Below, one piece after another: positions 49,844-63,349 of a stretch of 64,000 nucleotides of DNA; position 1 is the stretch's first letter, and every line of letters begins with the position of its first letter. The position numbers and the translations under genes were made by a program. Under the pieces are notes generated by a model, which saw only the letters and a list, made by a program, of their open reading frames with translations, had not been told where the DNA came from and searched no databases. This DNA is from Catajapyx aquilonaris (Eukaryota), in assembly GCA_000934665.2 (NCBI GenBank), contig KZ538004.1, positions 62,001 to 126,000 on the forward strand, given 5' to 3'.

Positions 49844-50078
49844 AGGGAGGCGAAGTGGCGCAATGGTAACGTTCGCGCCCACGGATGTTAAGGTCCCGGG
49901 TTCAATCCCGGCCCGGGGACACCCCCTTCATCTCGTGCAGAGTAAAGTGTCGTCTCTGACTTCGTCTCGGGTGGAATATCCACAGACTAATCCACCCGGG
50001 GGAGCTCACAAAACGACCACATGCGGACAAGGCACTGCACATCCCCTCCTGTCATCCCTTCCTGCCCGTGGGCCCGGG
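49844..50078 (+). mobile_element. tRNA-derived SINE family 2 (3'-truncated)
   Basis: A/B boxes; co-linear with 54595-54965. Confidence 0.8.
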
Positions 50079-50845
50079 TGCTGTATAAATAGGATCCAGT
50101 TGTTTGCTTATATGTTTTATTCATTTTATTTGATGTACCTGTTCTAGGGCAAGAGCCCTTATGGAAGGTGGGGGACACTGCTCCAATACAATGTAAAGCT
50201 ATGGACAAACAAACAAAATGACAGAAGGAGGACAGAGCAAAAGAGATCGACAATGAAATATCCACAAGCTGAGGGTGTGCAATGAGTGTTGGTCATGATT
50301 AATATTCCTAAGCACTTTAGAATCATTCTGCAAGCCTTCAGCATATGGCAATACTGTTAGTACCTACAGGAAAACACACATCATAAAATGTGTGGTTTTA
50401 GGGCTGTAAAGAAATAAAAGAATGATATTGGAAAATAATTAAAGTGACTAAAATAATTTTCTGATAACATATCGTGCATCGTACTACAAGGGCTGTTACA
50501 AAATGATTTACACTTTAATTTTTTTACACAAATACTGGGCCCGTACTGGTTGGCATATAGGCACACATTATCAATAGAATCCTCCCTGAGCCAAATCTGA
50601 TGCCCCAAGCAAAAACCCTGTACGTGCAAAAACCATGTATGTTCAGCTAAGCATACCACTGCACTCCCATTTATGTTTTCCACGTAATGGTAGAAATCTC
50701 GTTTCTCTATGAGCCTCTGTTGCAAAGTTAGGGACATGGTAAAACCATGAACGCATATGTATATAAGGCAGGCACATGAACTTCAACTGCTATTATCTCG
50801 AAATGACAAAAACCACACATACAGGGTTTTTGCTTGGGGCGTCAG

Positions 50846-51199
50846 AAATGCACAGGAGTCACGGGTGTGGCAACCTCTCCTTGCCCTCCAGGAACTACTT
50901 TTTGGAGATGCCCACTGCCAGACAACTGCTCGCAGTCAACAATGTCCTCAAAATGGCTCCGCCGAAGGGATTTTTTCATAGATCCGGCTTTGGGTGCTTC
51001 CACATCTGCCGTACTCCCCCAACCTGGCTCCCAGTGACTTTAACCTGTTCGGATCCAGGGGAAAAAAAACCCAAAATAACCCTCTGCCAATGCCATTTCA
51101 AGGACATTGCTGACTGCGAGCAGTTGAGTGCATCACACCACCAAAAAGTGGTTCCTGGAACGCCTGGAGAGGTTGCCACACCCATGACTCCTGTGCATT
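50846..51199. mobile_element. Palindromic MITE-like fold-back
   Basis: about 110-bp imperfect inverted arms AATGCACAGGAGTCA... Confidence 0.7.
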
Positions 51200-51396
51200 C
51201 GGCTCCAGGAGAATTCTAACGATAATGTGTGCCTATCTGCCAACCTACATGGGCCATGTATTTGTGGCAAAATAAATAAATTGTCAATCATTTTGGCACA
51301 GCCCTCGTAGCAGTATTTAATTGGCTGCACAGGTGTGGTTCAGCATATTAAATGTTTGACAGCCCTAAACAACCCCCCACTCTGATCTGAAATTCT

Positions 51397-51630
51397 TAGT
51401 TAGTTAGTTAGTTAGTTAGTTGGTTGTTCCAAAGCAACTAAGGCTATCTGGCAATCATATAGTGGATTTCTGGTAGTGGGAGGAAACGGGAGATCCCCGA
51501 GAATACCCACGCAAACACAACGAGAACCCACGCAAACACAACGAGAACCTATCGAAACTCTTTCCATATAAGCATCCTCAGCCCTACCTGGGGATTGAAC
51601 TCGGGACCTAAGAGGTGGAAGGCTGCGGCA
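51397..51630 (-). mobile_element. V-like SINE, second copy, with (TAAC)n tail
   Basis: reverse-complement match to 35755-35890; internal duplication of about 21 bp. Confidence 0.75.
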
Positions 51631-52831
51631 TGACATTTCAGTGTGGTAGTATTGGACTAGGGCCTATTCAATGTTTTATTACTACCAAGCTAGTCCCACC
51701 TGACCCCACCAGGCAAAAAGATGAACCCTGTTTCTCTGTGTTTCTGAATATGGCTCCAAAGCACTTAGGGGAAGCGCCCAAATCGACACCATTACATTTT
51801 GTTTCTCTTGTTAGAAAATGACTGAATGCAGCAACAGGGAAAATGGATTTTAATACATGGAATATGTACCTACAAGCCCCCACAAGGAACTTTCTGGGTG
51901 CGCCACTGTTTAGTCCGATCCGTATTGTTCCAGGCTCCGTTCATCAACGTAATACAGTAATGTATACAGATGAGGGACAAGGACCAGTGACCACTGTTGG
52001 GTAACCCCTGCCGCCGTAGTGTGCCAAGAAACGAGCTGTAGAAGAGACTTTGGTGTACGACTACTTTTCCGATGTCGAAAGAGAGAGAGATAGGGGGGGC
52101 GGGGAGGTGGCGCAATTCTCCCCCCTTGCCAAAAATTCACGGTACGCCACTGTAGATGCGCAAATGTTTTCTGTTACTACTTTCTTGATTTTACCCAAAA
52201 TAGTCTTCAGTAAAGCAGTCCAGGATGAGCATGAGCGCAGGTTGTTATGAAGGTAACTTATTGGCGATTTCATTGAAATTTGCGCTCAAATGGGCAAAAA
52301 TATCCATACACACATGCATGCATGCTTTTCCTTATAAGTGGTAGTATGCAATGGAAAAGGAGAAGCAAAGATTTGATGCCCCAACTCCTCCCAACAGGCA
52401 AAAAAGCCTGTCACCTACGCTAGTCCCATACTAAATTTTGCGGCCTCATCGTGCTGCATATTTGACCGCACATCCCAAAAATATCGGTCATAAATTGTAA
52501 GCATTTTGATCTAACTATAAGATGACCTGAAAACTATGCTGTTGATTCAGTCATTGATAAAAACAATCACAGGTAAACATTTTTTTTACCATAGGTTGTA
52601 TGGATGCGCAAATGTTTTCTGTGACTACTTTCTTGATTTTACCCAAAATAGTCTTCAGTAGAACTGCCAGGATGAGCATGAGCGTAGGTAGCCAAAATTA
52701 GGAACAAGACAACTTTCTACTGTGGCTGCCAGTTCACATCAACAAGTGGCAGCACAATGTAGTTACTTTAGATTATGTAAATAAACAGTGTAAGCAACAT
52801 TGTACACAAAAATACCGTATTACCTCACTTA

Positions 52832-53528
52832 GGCTGGGTTCATGCTAGGCATTTTCGTCGCGCGACAAGTCGCTGAAAACAGAACACATGCGAACATACG
52901 GAGCACGACACACCACAACTTGTTTCCTGCTTGGTCGTCGCCAAACGAAGCATGCTGCGTTTTTGCTGCCGCGACTGGACGTGCAGCTGGAAACAGAACA
53001 CATGGTTACCAGTAGGCGCAGGCACACCTGGCGACAAAATCGTGTGAAAAGTGAGCTGTGGGAAGTGGACTCGGAAGGGGAAGCACACTGGCATTGAAGA
53101 TGTTCGAAACAGAGCCCATGGTACTAGCCATGCAAGAACGGATAGAGCTGTCCTGTCTCCGTATATGTTGTCCCACGCAACGTAGCAGCTCATCGAATGT
53201 AGGGATGGACATTCGATAGTATTCGAAGAACTTCTCTGGAAATTGTCTGAGTCTGTGGTACAGACGGTGGAATTGTCCCTCAGAGATTCTCTTCATGTTC
53301 AGTAGGTGCACCCAATGTCCTCGCTTCCTCTTAATTTTCTTGGGGCGCGTTGCGACAGCAATGCAGACCAACTCGAGCACATCGATCTTCTGGCATCATC
53401 TGACGTCATCTGGTGTACTGCGCGTGATAAACGCTCCCAGTCGCACCAATGTGAACCTCATGAGTGTCAGCGACGAAAACGCGGCAACAAAGTCGCCAGC
53501 GACAAAAACGCCTAGTGTGAACCCATCC
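52832..53528 (-). mobile_element. PIF/Harbinger internally deleted element with an N-terminal transposase fragment
   Basis: TIR GG(C/A)TGGGTTCA, TTA TSD; ORF 53006-53380 WVH...GQF..L...F.EYYRMS..TFDELL...I.RQD is typical of Harbinger DDE N-termini; inserted into the TIR of another MITE. Confidence 0.9.
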
Positions 53529-54594
53529 TTAAAGCCTGCTTAAAGCGGCATGCCAGTGTAGTCGAGGTCTACCAGTTTTTAGAAATGTACGATCTGGTGG
53601 CTAAACCGGCATGCCGGTCTAAGCGAGGTATGCCGGTTTAAGGCGAGGGTTTCTTATGATCTCTATGAAAATTATTATTACCCAAATGAATGCATTACAC
53701 CATGTTGTACGGTACACATACAGCCCAGGACACTTATATTGTCTGACACATCCCATAAGATCGTTCGTTAAGTTCAAATTTTTACGGAAACATTTTCAAT
53801 TAAAAGTACATGGCAGCCAGAAGGGAAGCATACCTACCAGAATATTTCATGCGTTTGGTTTGGATTTTATTAACTGAGTGATAAAGGATTCTCAGACATA
53901 TTGATACCATTGGGATATCAAGTTACCATGCAAAATAATTTTGAGCAAATTCGGTTGCTTATATTCTGAGTAGGTTATAATTATTTAACATGAGCTCTCG
54001 TGAATGTAGAGTAGGGTCTATGTGGGCATAGCATTAGTCAAGATACTGTTACTGCATTAAAATAACGTCCCTTCAAAAATTGCATAATATTTTTGCACAG
54101 CGTGGGCAAATTCTCAGAGATTGTTTGGAGCACTCATTTTCTGGCTCATGCAGCGCGCGAGATGTTCGGGATTGATTTTTCTAACTGAACAGTCCCAATC
54201 CCCACCCTACCCCTCCAGTCTGCCTCCCTCCTCCATATTACTTTCTCCAGGCTGCGGTTCTATTGGCCAAAATGGCCAACATGCGACCCTTGGTCACCAG
54301 CGACCCTGTGCCCCTCGTCGCCAGGATCTGGGTTTGCCAGATTCTTGCAACGGGGACCAAAACGGTCAATGGCCCTGGACTCCGTTGCTGGGGGCATAAT
54401 GTCGAGGATAAGTGAACGCTCCGTCGCCTGCGACAGGGCACCGAATCGGTCGCGGGTCATGGGATCATGGATATGTGAATGCACCTTAATAAGATGCTTT
54501 TCAATTGAAGCCTTTTTTGCAAAAGCAACATACGTCAAAAATGGTCGAGAATGAATTATGACTGCCATCCCATATTTCCAAGCATTGCACTCTT

Positions 54595-54965
54595 TATTTT
54601 TATTTTTTATTTTATTTATTGTTTTTAAAATCCGGGTAGTGCTTGGACCACTCTTGGGGTATTGCACGGACCTTTATTTACTAACTTGCACAACGTACAC
54701 AATTGGAACCTTTGACGAAGCGTCAGGGCCCACGGGCAGGATGACAGGAGGGGATGTGCAAGGTGCAGTGCAATGTCTTAAACGTGGCCATTTTTAGTGA
54801 GCTCCCCCGGGTGGTTTAGTCTGTTGGAAATACCACCCGAGACGAAGTCAGAGACGACTCATGAACTCTGCACGAGATGAAGGGGGTGTCCCCAGGTTGG
54901 GATCGAACCCGGGACCTTAACATCCGTGGGCGCATACGTTACTGCAGCACCACTCCGCCTCCCCT
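54595..54965 (-). mobile_element. SINE family 2, full length
   Basis: 14-bp TSD AGCATTGCACTCTT, A-rich tail. Confidence 0.85.
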
Positions 54966-55310
54966 AGCATTGCACTCTTATGCTCTTATGATCAGCGATG
55001 AGCATCACTCAGCAATGAAACCAATTGTTTGAAGCAAAACTAACAATCGATTTTCACCTCGCTGCACATCGCTGATCAAATCGCTCACATGTAAAGGCAG
55101 TTCAATAGCAATGCAAAAGGACAGTACTTGTCAAGGGGAAAAAAATCTAGAAAAAAATTCACTTTTTGCAAGATCAGCAGATGATGTCAATCTTTCCGAG
55201 CGGGATGTTTATCAAAGAACAGCACTAATGATGTGACATGTTGTGTACCATGAAGGAGTAGCCAGGGAGGGTTAAAATGTTTTGTCAGTGTTGTTTCATT
55301 ATTTGTCACT

Positions 55311-55605
55311 ACCGAAGCAGTTTGGTGGAGTGGATAAGGTGTTCGACTGCTAATCGGGAGGTCCTGGGTTCGAGTCCCAGGGCCGGAAATCCTAACCGTG
55401 GTTTTCTGTGGTTTCCCACGGTCCCCCCAGGAGAATTCCGGGATTGCTTCCTAAATAATTAGGCCACAGCAGCTTCCTTCCGTCCCTATCCTATCCCAAA
55501 AAGCAAAGTAAAGATGAAAGCAACGAGTTCCGGTCAAAACAAAATTGGGATGAACTCCCCCCCTAAAGAGCCGCCGGCTGATAACGGGTATGAATTATTA
55601 TTATT
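55311..55605 (+). mobile_element. SINE family 1, tail type B
   Basis: TSD ATTATTTGTCACT; (ATT)n tail. Confidence 0.9.
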
Positions 55606-58484
55606 ATTATTTGTCACTGCACCTTCCTGTTGACTGTCAAACCCTTATACTCATCAGTGACAGATGAAATCATAAGAGTAGTGGCTCTGAAGATGTGTAG
55701 GGCAATAGGTGCATTCTCTGATGATGAAAATCATGTATTTCTTCATGAAACATAATGAAAAGTGGAAAATGATGCATAATATTATTCCACCTTTTACATA
55801 AGAACAGCACATGTCAATATCAGCCTGGAATTTCTTTCAACATTTCCACTGTTTGCAGACATAGGAACTTATGTCATATCTCACATCAGTGTCCCCATAA
55901 TAAGACATTATTTATTATTTCTGTTAAACTCCTCTTTTGAAGAGCAGGGAATGTACTTTGTGTCTCCTGAAAAGTGGCATTTTTAAACATGTTTTTTTGC
56001 AAAAAAAAAAGGCTTCAATTATATTCAGTCTTATCATTTTCGGTGCTTGCCTTCCTCTTGAGGTGCACATGCACACCATATGAGCATTTAAAATTATACA
56101 CAGTGATCCTAAATATTTGTCAGACTAAACTGCTTATTTTTAAGAGTTGCTTTTGTTGCTCTCAAAAGTATTAGTTGATAATATTAGGCCAAACTGAATC
56201 ATCTATTTAAGTTCTGGAGCACAATTTATTTGTGATTAGGAATGGCCCATTGTAACAATTAGCATCTCACATCAATGACAAATTCAACTTTGTGCGAGCC
56301 AGACCAACTCCCTTGCAGGCTTTGCAGGCTTTAAAAAGGATGGGCACATGTAACCTAATGCTGGCAAATAATACTTTTGATAATCACTAAAAGTCAGCAT
56401 GCAAAAGTTACTGCTTGAAATACGCAGTTTAGTGCCAGAAATAACCATAGCAGTTGGACAAGTATTTTGCATCACCCTGTGATATTTACTTTGACACCAC
56501 TTTCTTAGGTCTGGTAATAATAACAATGATGATGATGTGGGCAGTGCGGCCCTTTATTGTGTACGTGCTCAGTACGTACTGTATATATTGTAGGTTGCAA
56601 AACCCTGGTCCGCAGGTATAAGGGGAGGGGAGATTCCCAAGGGAGGGCTTGCTGAAAGTTTAACATCATTTTTCGGACCATTCATAAACCAGACCTTTTC
56701 TCCCGACCCAAATTGATATCTCGACTCCCTGACGCTATTCTGCCAATTTTTCAATTAATTGTGGCCTCATTTTGATCTCCTGCAACTACATTAATACAGG
56801 CGGTCCTGGAAAGCAAAGATATTGTGACATTATTTTTGAAAGCAAGAAATTGCCTATTAACAACCGACCCAGGTTCCATCCAGGGCAGCACTGCCCTACC
56901 ACCACTCCACCTGCCCCAGTCGTCACTGCCTATTCCTTTCCAGCCTGTCTTCCTTTCTCCATATTCTACCCTCAACCCTGAATCAGCCCCATATGATCAT
57001 CCCTGAACCCATCTGCCCCAAGGCTAACAAGCCCCTCTGCTGCCTCCCCTTCTCCTAGCATGGTGCACTATTCCAAACACCACCCATTGATAGCAAAAAG
57101 CATGTCTCTGGATCACCCCATGGGCCTGGCAACTCCCAGTCCCACTCCCACGCTTGCCCAAAGGTCTCCAGCATGCATGCAAGTAATCTGGGGTGTGACA
57201 AGAAAATTTTGGCAGGGTATGTGCTAGAATTGCAGAAAAGCTTTGCCATGTGATATATGGTATACACCATGAAGTATACCCCCACACACTTGCTCCACGA
57301 CACAGCTGCATAGAACTAACTGCTTTGTGGCTGCATGAAGTCTTCATTATTTTTCAAACCCCCATTTTCAGGGTCAAAAAAAACCTTTGAATGAACTCTA
57401 TGGGCACATGAAGAGCTGTAATGGATGTTATGTATCTATAAGGGTGAGGCGAGTTCTAAGAAACAGGTGACAAAGATTCAAGGTCAACAAACTTCAATGC
57501 ACCCATTTCCATGGTAGTGCTTTAGATGTGTGGACTGGACAGACAGACACCTTAGATTTTTCAAAATAAAACCCAGCTTACTGCTATCAGTAGTTTGCAG
57601 TAGTATATTATCTTTTTCAAGAGCCATTCCACACAATGCTTCAAAATTGCTTGAGTAAGACCTATGGTACAGCTTACATCAATTGGTGACGGTCCTATGT
57701 GTGCCTGCCTTGCTTCAGTACTTTTATCTGCCACGGAGGTCTTACTACCCTTTTTTACTGAAGGGAATGTTTACGCTCTTATTTCAGTTATTTTTTTAGA
57801 CTTTTTCTCATAAAAAGGCTTAGAGAATGGCTCTGTCCGTCCATCTGTCTGTCAGTGGACAGACATCAGGGCTGCATGAGATGGCGACAAACGGTTTTCA
57901 GATTCAGCAGATCCTAAATAGGTTTCAGGGTCAACTTCCGGCGACACTCTATCTGGCAAGGTCAAGTCTACATGCTTTAGAAATTACTAGTAGAGGACTT
58001 GTTGCCAAATTTTGGGAACATTGCTTGGCCCACCCCAACCATGGCCTCTACCAGTTGGCACATATGCTGTCTCTCTGCACACTACTGCTGCTGTCAGGGG
58101 GAAAGTAGTACTATATGCACGTTGGTGATGAGTCACCGTGCGGACAAAGCCCACCTGAGTGCTATAAGCAGCGCTTGTCTCACCTCTATTGAAGTGGGCC
58201 CCACCCTTTCTGAACACTACTATAAGAGATGATAGTGTAAACATGTTTTAAAACTTTTATATGCACCAGGAAGTCTGGGGTTCAAATCCCGTACCAGTCA
58301 CCTTTGCTCGGTTGCGTCTTTTTCTCCTTTTCACCCTTCTCTACCCAGGGCCAAGAGAAAAGGTCAGGCCTTAAGAAGGTCCAAAATTAACAAACTACCT
58401 AGGAACATCCTCCCTTGCAAACCTTTCACCACTTCCCTATATCAGTGAAATGTGTTCATGTAACAATAATAATAAAGGGCCTAG

Positions 58485-61400
58485 TAGTGGGGGCTCTTAG
58501 CGAGATGAAGGGGACAAGTTGGACAAAAGCACCAAACTTTGCATGGAGTTTTGTTTGGTCCTACGCTAATAGTTTTTGGTAGGATCCACGCTATCAGTGC
58601 ACATGGGTCATGTCACGTAACATTTTTTCAGAAATCGCCCTGCGCAAAGGGGGATTCCTCGTCAAAGAGGCCGCCCTTGGCCATTACAACCTTCTCCGAT
58701 TTTGACCATATGCGGGTATGTTGTAGTGCCCATATATGGGTTTGTGCAACCGAGTTTGTTTATGTGTACGATGCGTGGTTTAGAAACTACAGGGTGTCAC
58801 ATGTGCCCATTTTCTAGCATTTTTGACCCATACGTATATGCTGTTACTTGGGAGGGCCACAAGATCAGGTTTAATTTTAAATTTAATGTGTGCATTTGAA
58901 AGGTATTTTCGCTTTCTATGAGATGGTCATACATATGCCCATGAAAATCCCAAATTTAAATTCAAAATGGTTCCCAAAATTTTTATATTTTCATATTACT
59001 CATTAATCGACCCCTACTACTGATTTTGAATGGCGCTTCAAATAATACGGGAAATGTTTGCTTGAGATTGCTGCCAAATCTGGAGATCAGAAATTCGATA
59101 TTTGTGAAAATATCAAAAGCATTTTGTGCGCCAAACGTAGAAATCCCGAAAATTGGCAACAAAATTTCACAAAATAATATTGTTGCTCTAAAATAAATAA
59201 AGGCCTACCACGTACATATGATATTGCGAGAAAACCTGATTCAAGAACTCGACCGAGTTAACAATAAATACCGATGTCATTGAGTAATAAGATAAATCAC
59301 ATTAAGTTAAAAGAGACCACCATTTTTAAGAGCTTCTGAAGAAACAAGTTTCAGAATTTTTCTGGTCGTTTATGGATGTCCAATAAAATTGTAAAGTATC
59401 TCAGCGATTAAATGGGTACCGGTATTTATCGATACAGAAATAATATTAGAGTTGCTATTTCAGCACTTACTTAATTGTTATTAAGCAACAATATGACAGA
59501 TGCTCTCTTCAAAATCTCTGAGCATCGTAACACGTGCTTGGGTTCTTACTGCTCCGCTCCAGGGACATATACAGGGTGTTTATTGTAACTCTGCAAAGAC
59601 TTTCAGGGGTAATAGAGGGGACCAAGACAAGTATTTTCGACATAGGAACCCGTGTCCGGAAACGCCATCTAGAGGGGGTTCATAGACAAGGAATGGGTGC
59701 GCTCAGACGCATCACGCGAGAGGCGCTAGGCGAGCGGACTGTTTTGTTGATAGGTGGCACACAGTTGTTGCCAGGTTATGGCGTATCGCGTCGTTGTAAG
59801 TAAACAACAACGCGATACGCCATAACCTGGCAACAACAGAACCGCTGTTGACTATCCACGCGTCTCCTGGGAGGCATACTTTAGTTGCTAGATGGCTCTG
59901 CTGTTGTCAGGTTATGGCACATCGCATCGTTGGTTACTATCCAAGCGCCATCTATCAACAAAACAGTCTTCTCCCCTAGCGCCTCTCGCCTGGCTCGTCT
60001 GAGCGCACCCGTTCCTTGTCTATGAACCCCCTCTAGATGGCGTTTCCGGACACGGGTTCCTATGTCAAAAATACTTGTCTTGGTCCCCTCTATGACCCCT
60101 GAAAGTCTTTGCAGAGTTACAATAAACACCCTGTATAACGAAGGTGTTTTGGAATGATGCATTTCGCGTAGGGCGGTTTATCGGGGTTCATTGTTGGACA
60201 CAAGAACCGACCTGAGTGTTACATGTAGCCTACACAACTGTTGAGAAAGGCATGCTCATAGCTGGAGGCCTATGGAAGAATCTTCATCGTTGCCCCATCC
60301 ACCTATGTACACGGTTAGTCCATTCTTGTGTTCAACAATGAACCCTGATAAACTGCCCAACACGAAATACGACATAATATACAACATCATTCCAAAATAC
60401 CATTGTCGCATGTGTCCCTGGATTGGCAACTGTCCACACGTCAAGTTATGCTCGTATGGTCAGCGGTTTTAAAGAGAACATTTTATCATATTGTTGCTTA
60501 ATAATAACCGTTATGTAAATGCTGAAGTGGCAGCTCTAATATTATTTATGGATCGACAAATACCCAATTAATCATTCAGCCACGGGATAATTTTTTTGGC
60601 CATCCATACACGACAAGAAAGATTCTGAAACTTGCACCTTCCTCACTGAGAAGCCCATTAAAATTGGAATCTCTTTTAACTTCATGCAATTTATCATTTT
60701 ACTCGGCCATTGACATCGGCATTTATTGTTACCTCGGTAGAGTTCTTGAATCAAGGAACAGGGGTTCTCCAGATTTTGCGGAATCCCAAGTAAACATTTC
60801 CCTTATCATTTTAATTGCCGTTCAAAATAAATCGCAGAGGTCCATTAATGATCAACATCAAAATAATAAATTTTTGACCACCATTTTTCTTTAAGATTTT
60901 TTGTCTTCTTAATTACGAGTATGACCATCTCATAAAGAGTGAAATTACCTTTCAAATGCACACAAAGTTTAGGAATTAACTGTTCTTCTGGGAGTTGTCC
61001 TCCAAGTAACACTGTAACAGCTTATCGATGCTTACGGAGAAAAATTTGCACATTGGGCACCCTGTAGTTTCGCAACCACTCGTCGTACTGAGAAACAAAC
61101 TCGGTTACGCAAACCTGTCTGTTGGTGCTACAATATACTTGAATATGACCAAAACCTGAAAAGGTCATGGCAAAGTGTAGCCACATTGACGCAGAATGCC
61201 CCATAAGATCCTACTTATACTGTAGTTACCATTATTTTATACATTCATACACACTGATCATATAGGCTACCTAATCAACCCCCTATTGTGCAGCTTATTT
61301 AAATAACACTTAAATAACATGTAGTCTGCGGGGAACTATGCATTGTTATTTGTAATGCGGGAGTATTAACAATTGAAGAAGTATCCACCGGCTGACACGT

Positions 61401-61561
61401 TCACATGGATTATGACTCATAACTCATGATCCATTGTCTTGATCACGTGGATCCTACCAAAAATCTAAAGCGTAAGCAATGCAGATTCCATGGAAAAAAT
61501 ATGGTGCTTTTGTCCAACCTGTCCCCATGCTGTCAAATTTTGACCCTAAGAGCCCCCACTA
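58485..61561. mobile_element. 3-kb fold-back DNA element (hAT-like TAG termini)
   Basis: TIR TAGTGGGGGCTCTTAG; diverged inverted arms extend to a centre near 60250; no clear TSD. Confidence 0.75.
59572..60133. mobile_element. Young Tc1/mariner-type MITE nested in the fold-back
   Basis: near-perfect TIRs of about 190 bp (CAGGGTGTTTATTGTAAC), TA TSD. Confidence 0.9.
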
Positions 61562-61628
61562 TAGCAATATACCACAGAAGCAGGGAAAGCATTTCCCAGA
61601 TTATCATCATTATTATTTTATGCACTAG

Positions 61629-61679
<51 letters not shown>

Positions 61680-62063
61680 TAATGGCATTTCCCAAAAACA
61701 GAGGTGCCAGCAAATAATGAGGAAGCGCTGGACCTCCTTACCTCACATGACCAAGGACAAAAATTCAGGAGCACTGGTTGGGTTATGCACTAGCAAGTGG
61801 AAAAAAACACATGTAATTCGCTTTACAACAGTGGCATGGAACTGAACCCAGCATATTAATGAGGTATTCCTGTACTTTTACATTATGTTCATAACTTGCA
61901 ACATCTTTGGGATATAAGCACTAAGTTCTGCCCACACTTGCGCCATCTTGGCCCAGACACCATGCACACCTGTAATGCTACGTCGTATGTACTATATATT
62001 ATCGCATTTTTCTGGTAAACTCACAACACTTCAAAATGAACACACTTCATAACTTCAGGAATT

Positions 62064-62294
62064 TTATGAATCCATTCCATTATAATGTAGACCTGCACGC
62101 CTCCGCCTTTCTATATGTAGCAGAAAGAGCATCTTGTTTGCCTCGTAATAGAATGGATTTGACTGTGAATCGAGGTCAGGACAGTAGTACACTCCATCTC
62201 CCCCGCCATTCCCATTGTGGTTAGGAATGCTTCGGTGAGTCTGATGATGCACGTTGAAATTTTCCATGCACTCACAGCCAATATGTGATGAGGT
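62064..62294 (-). CDS. Terminal coding exon of a FAM104/VCF (VCP nuclear cofactor)-like small protein
   Basis: acceptor tcttccacag; encodes YCPDLDSQSNPFYYEANKMLFLLHIERRRR, resembling the C-terminal YxxxNxxLxxxHxxxxxR helix of the family; upstream exons not identified. Confidence 0.6.
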   Translation of the reverse strand, partial: TSSHIGCECMENFNVHHQTHRSIPNHNGNGGGDGVYYCPDLDSQSNPFYYEANKMLFLLHIERRRRAGLHYNGMDS

Positions 62295-62525
62295 CTGTGG
62301 AAGATTTAATACGTATGAAAGGATATGGAAAAGGGCAGTAGTCACGTGAAGTAACATACTGAAAGATAAGATATTGTCACCACAAGTGTGTGTAATCTCA
62401 GGCATACACTGCAAGTATGTGTTCCAAAATCAAATTTTGTCACTACAGATAATACCTTTCAGTGGAAAGTGTAGAAAATAATATCAGGAGAACCATAGTT
62501 TCAGGAACCAAAAACTTTGTGGTTA

Positions 62526-63079
62526 CCGTATTTACACGCATATAAGACGCACATGCGTATAAGACGCACCCCGGTTTTGAGGCGAAAAATCGTGGAAAAT
62601 CGGTTGTTGACCTATATAAGACGCACCCAGATTTATTGCCGTAGTTTGGGAACTGGCCTCGAGCTGCCGGCAGCAACCTCGTGTGCAATGCATGTCCAAT
62701 GCATGTGCGTGTGGAATCCATTAGAATCCAGTAAGGGGGGGGGGCAAGTGGAAAATGGGACAATGCTACGCATCTGAAACGTATAGGTGGCAAGGTCACA
62801 CCGGAATTGTGCACGTGTGTGGACGGGGAGAGCATAACAATGGAAGTGAAGGAGAAACGCAGGTCGTACCGTGCCGATTTCAAGAGGAAAGTGATCAACT
62901 GTGCTGACAGGACATCAAACCGACAAGCTTAAATTTTTCAATAAACGATTTTCACGATTTCTCACGGGTTTCACCCGTTGTGCCCTGCCGTATAAGACGC
63001 ACACGCGTATAAGACGCACCCTACTTTTTGAGCTACAAAAATCGGAAAAAAGGTGTGTCTTATATGCGCGTAAATACGG
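62526..63079 (+). mobile_element. pogo-like MITE retaining the transposase start (MEVKEKRRSYRADFKRKVINCA)
   Basis: TA-CCGTATTTAC TIRs, TATAAGACGCAC repeats, BrkDBD-like fragment at about 62840-62930. Confidence 0.85.
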
Positions 63080-63316
63080 TACTTGTCTTGATCAGAAAAG
63101 GATCCCTTCCACAACGGACTTTTCCTCTCACCATCACTTTTAGTGGAAGTTGTTCAGAATAACAGAAGATAAAAAATGAAACTCAGTTATGCCCTATCTA
63201 TTCCGGTGGTGTAAAATTCGAATTTGGAACTGTCCATTTTGCATTTTTTCAATTATAAAATATATTAGTAAATACCTTACTGTAATATGCATGTATTTTG
63301 TTTTGTGTTGCTTTAG

Positions 63317-63317
<1 letters not shown>

Positions 63318-63347
<30 letters not shown>

Positions 63348-63349
63348 CA

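Noticed and set aside
62276..62358. Apparent exon YVTSRDYCPFPYPFIRIKSSTDLITYW with AG/GT ends
   Set aside because: It overlaps the FAM104-like exon in a different frame and has no recognisable homology; more likely intronic
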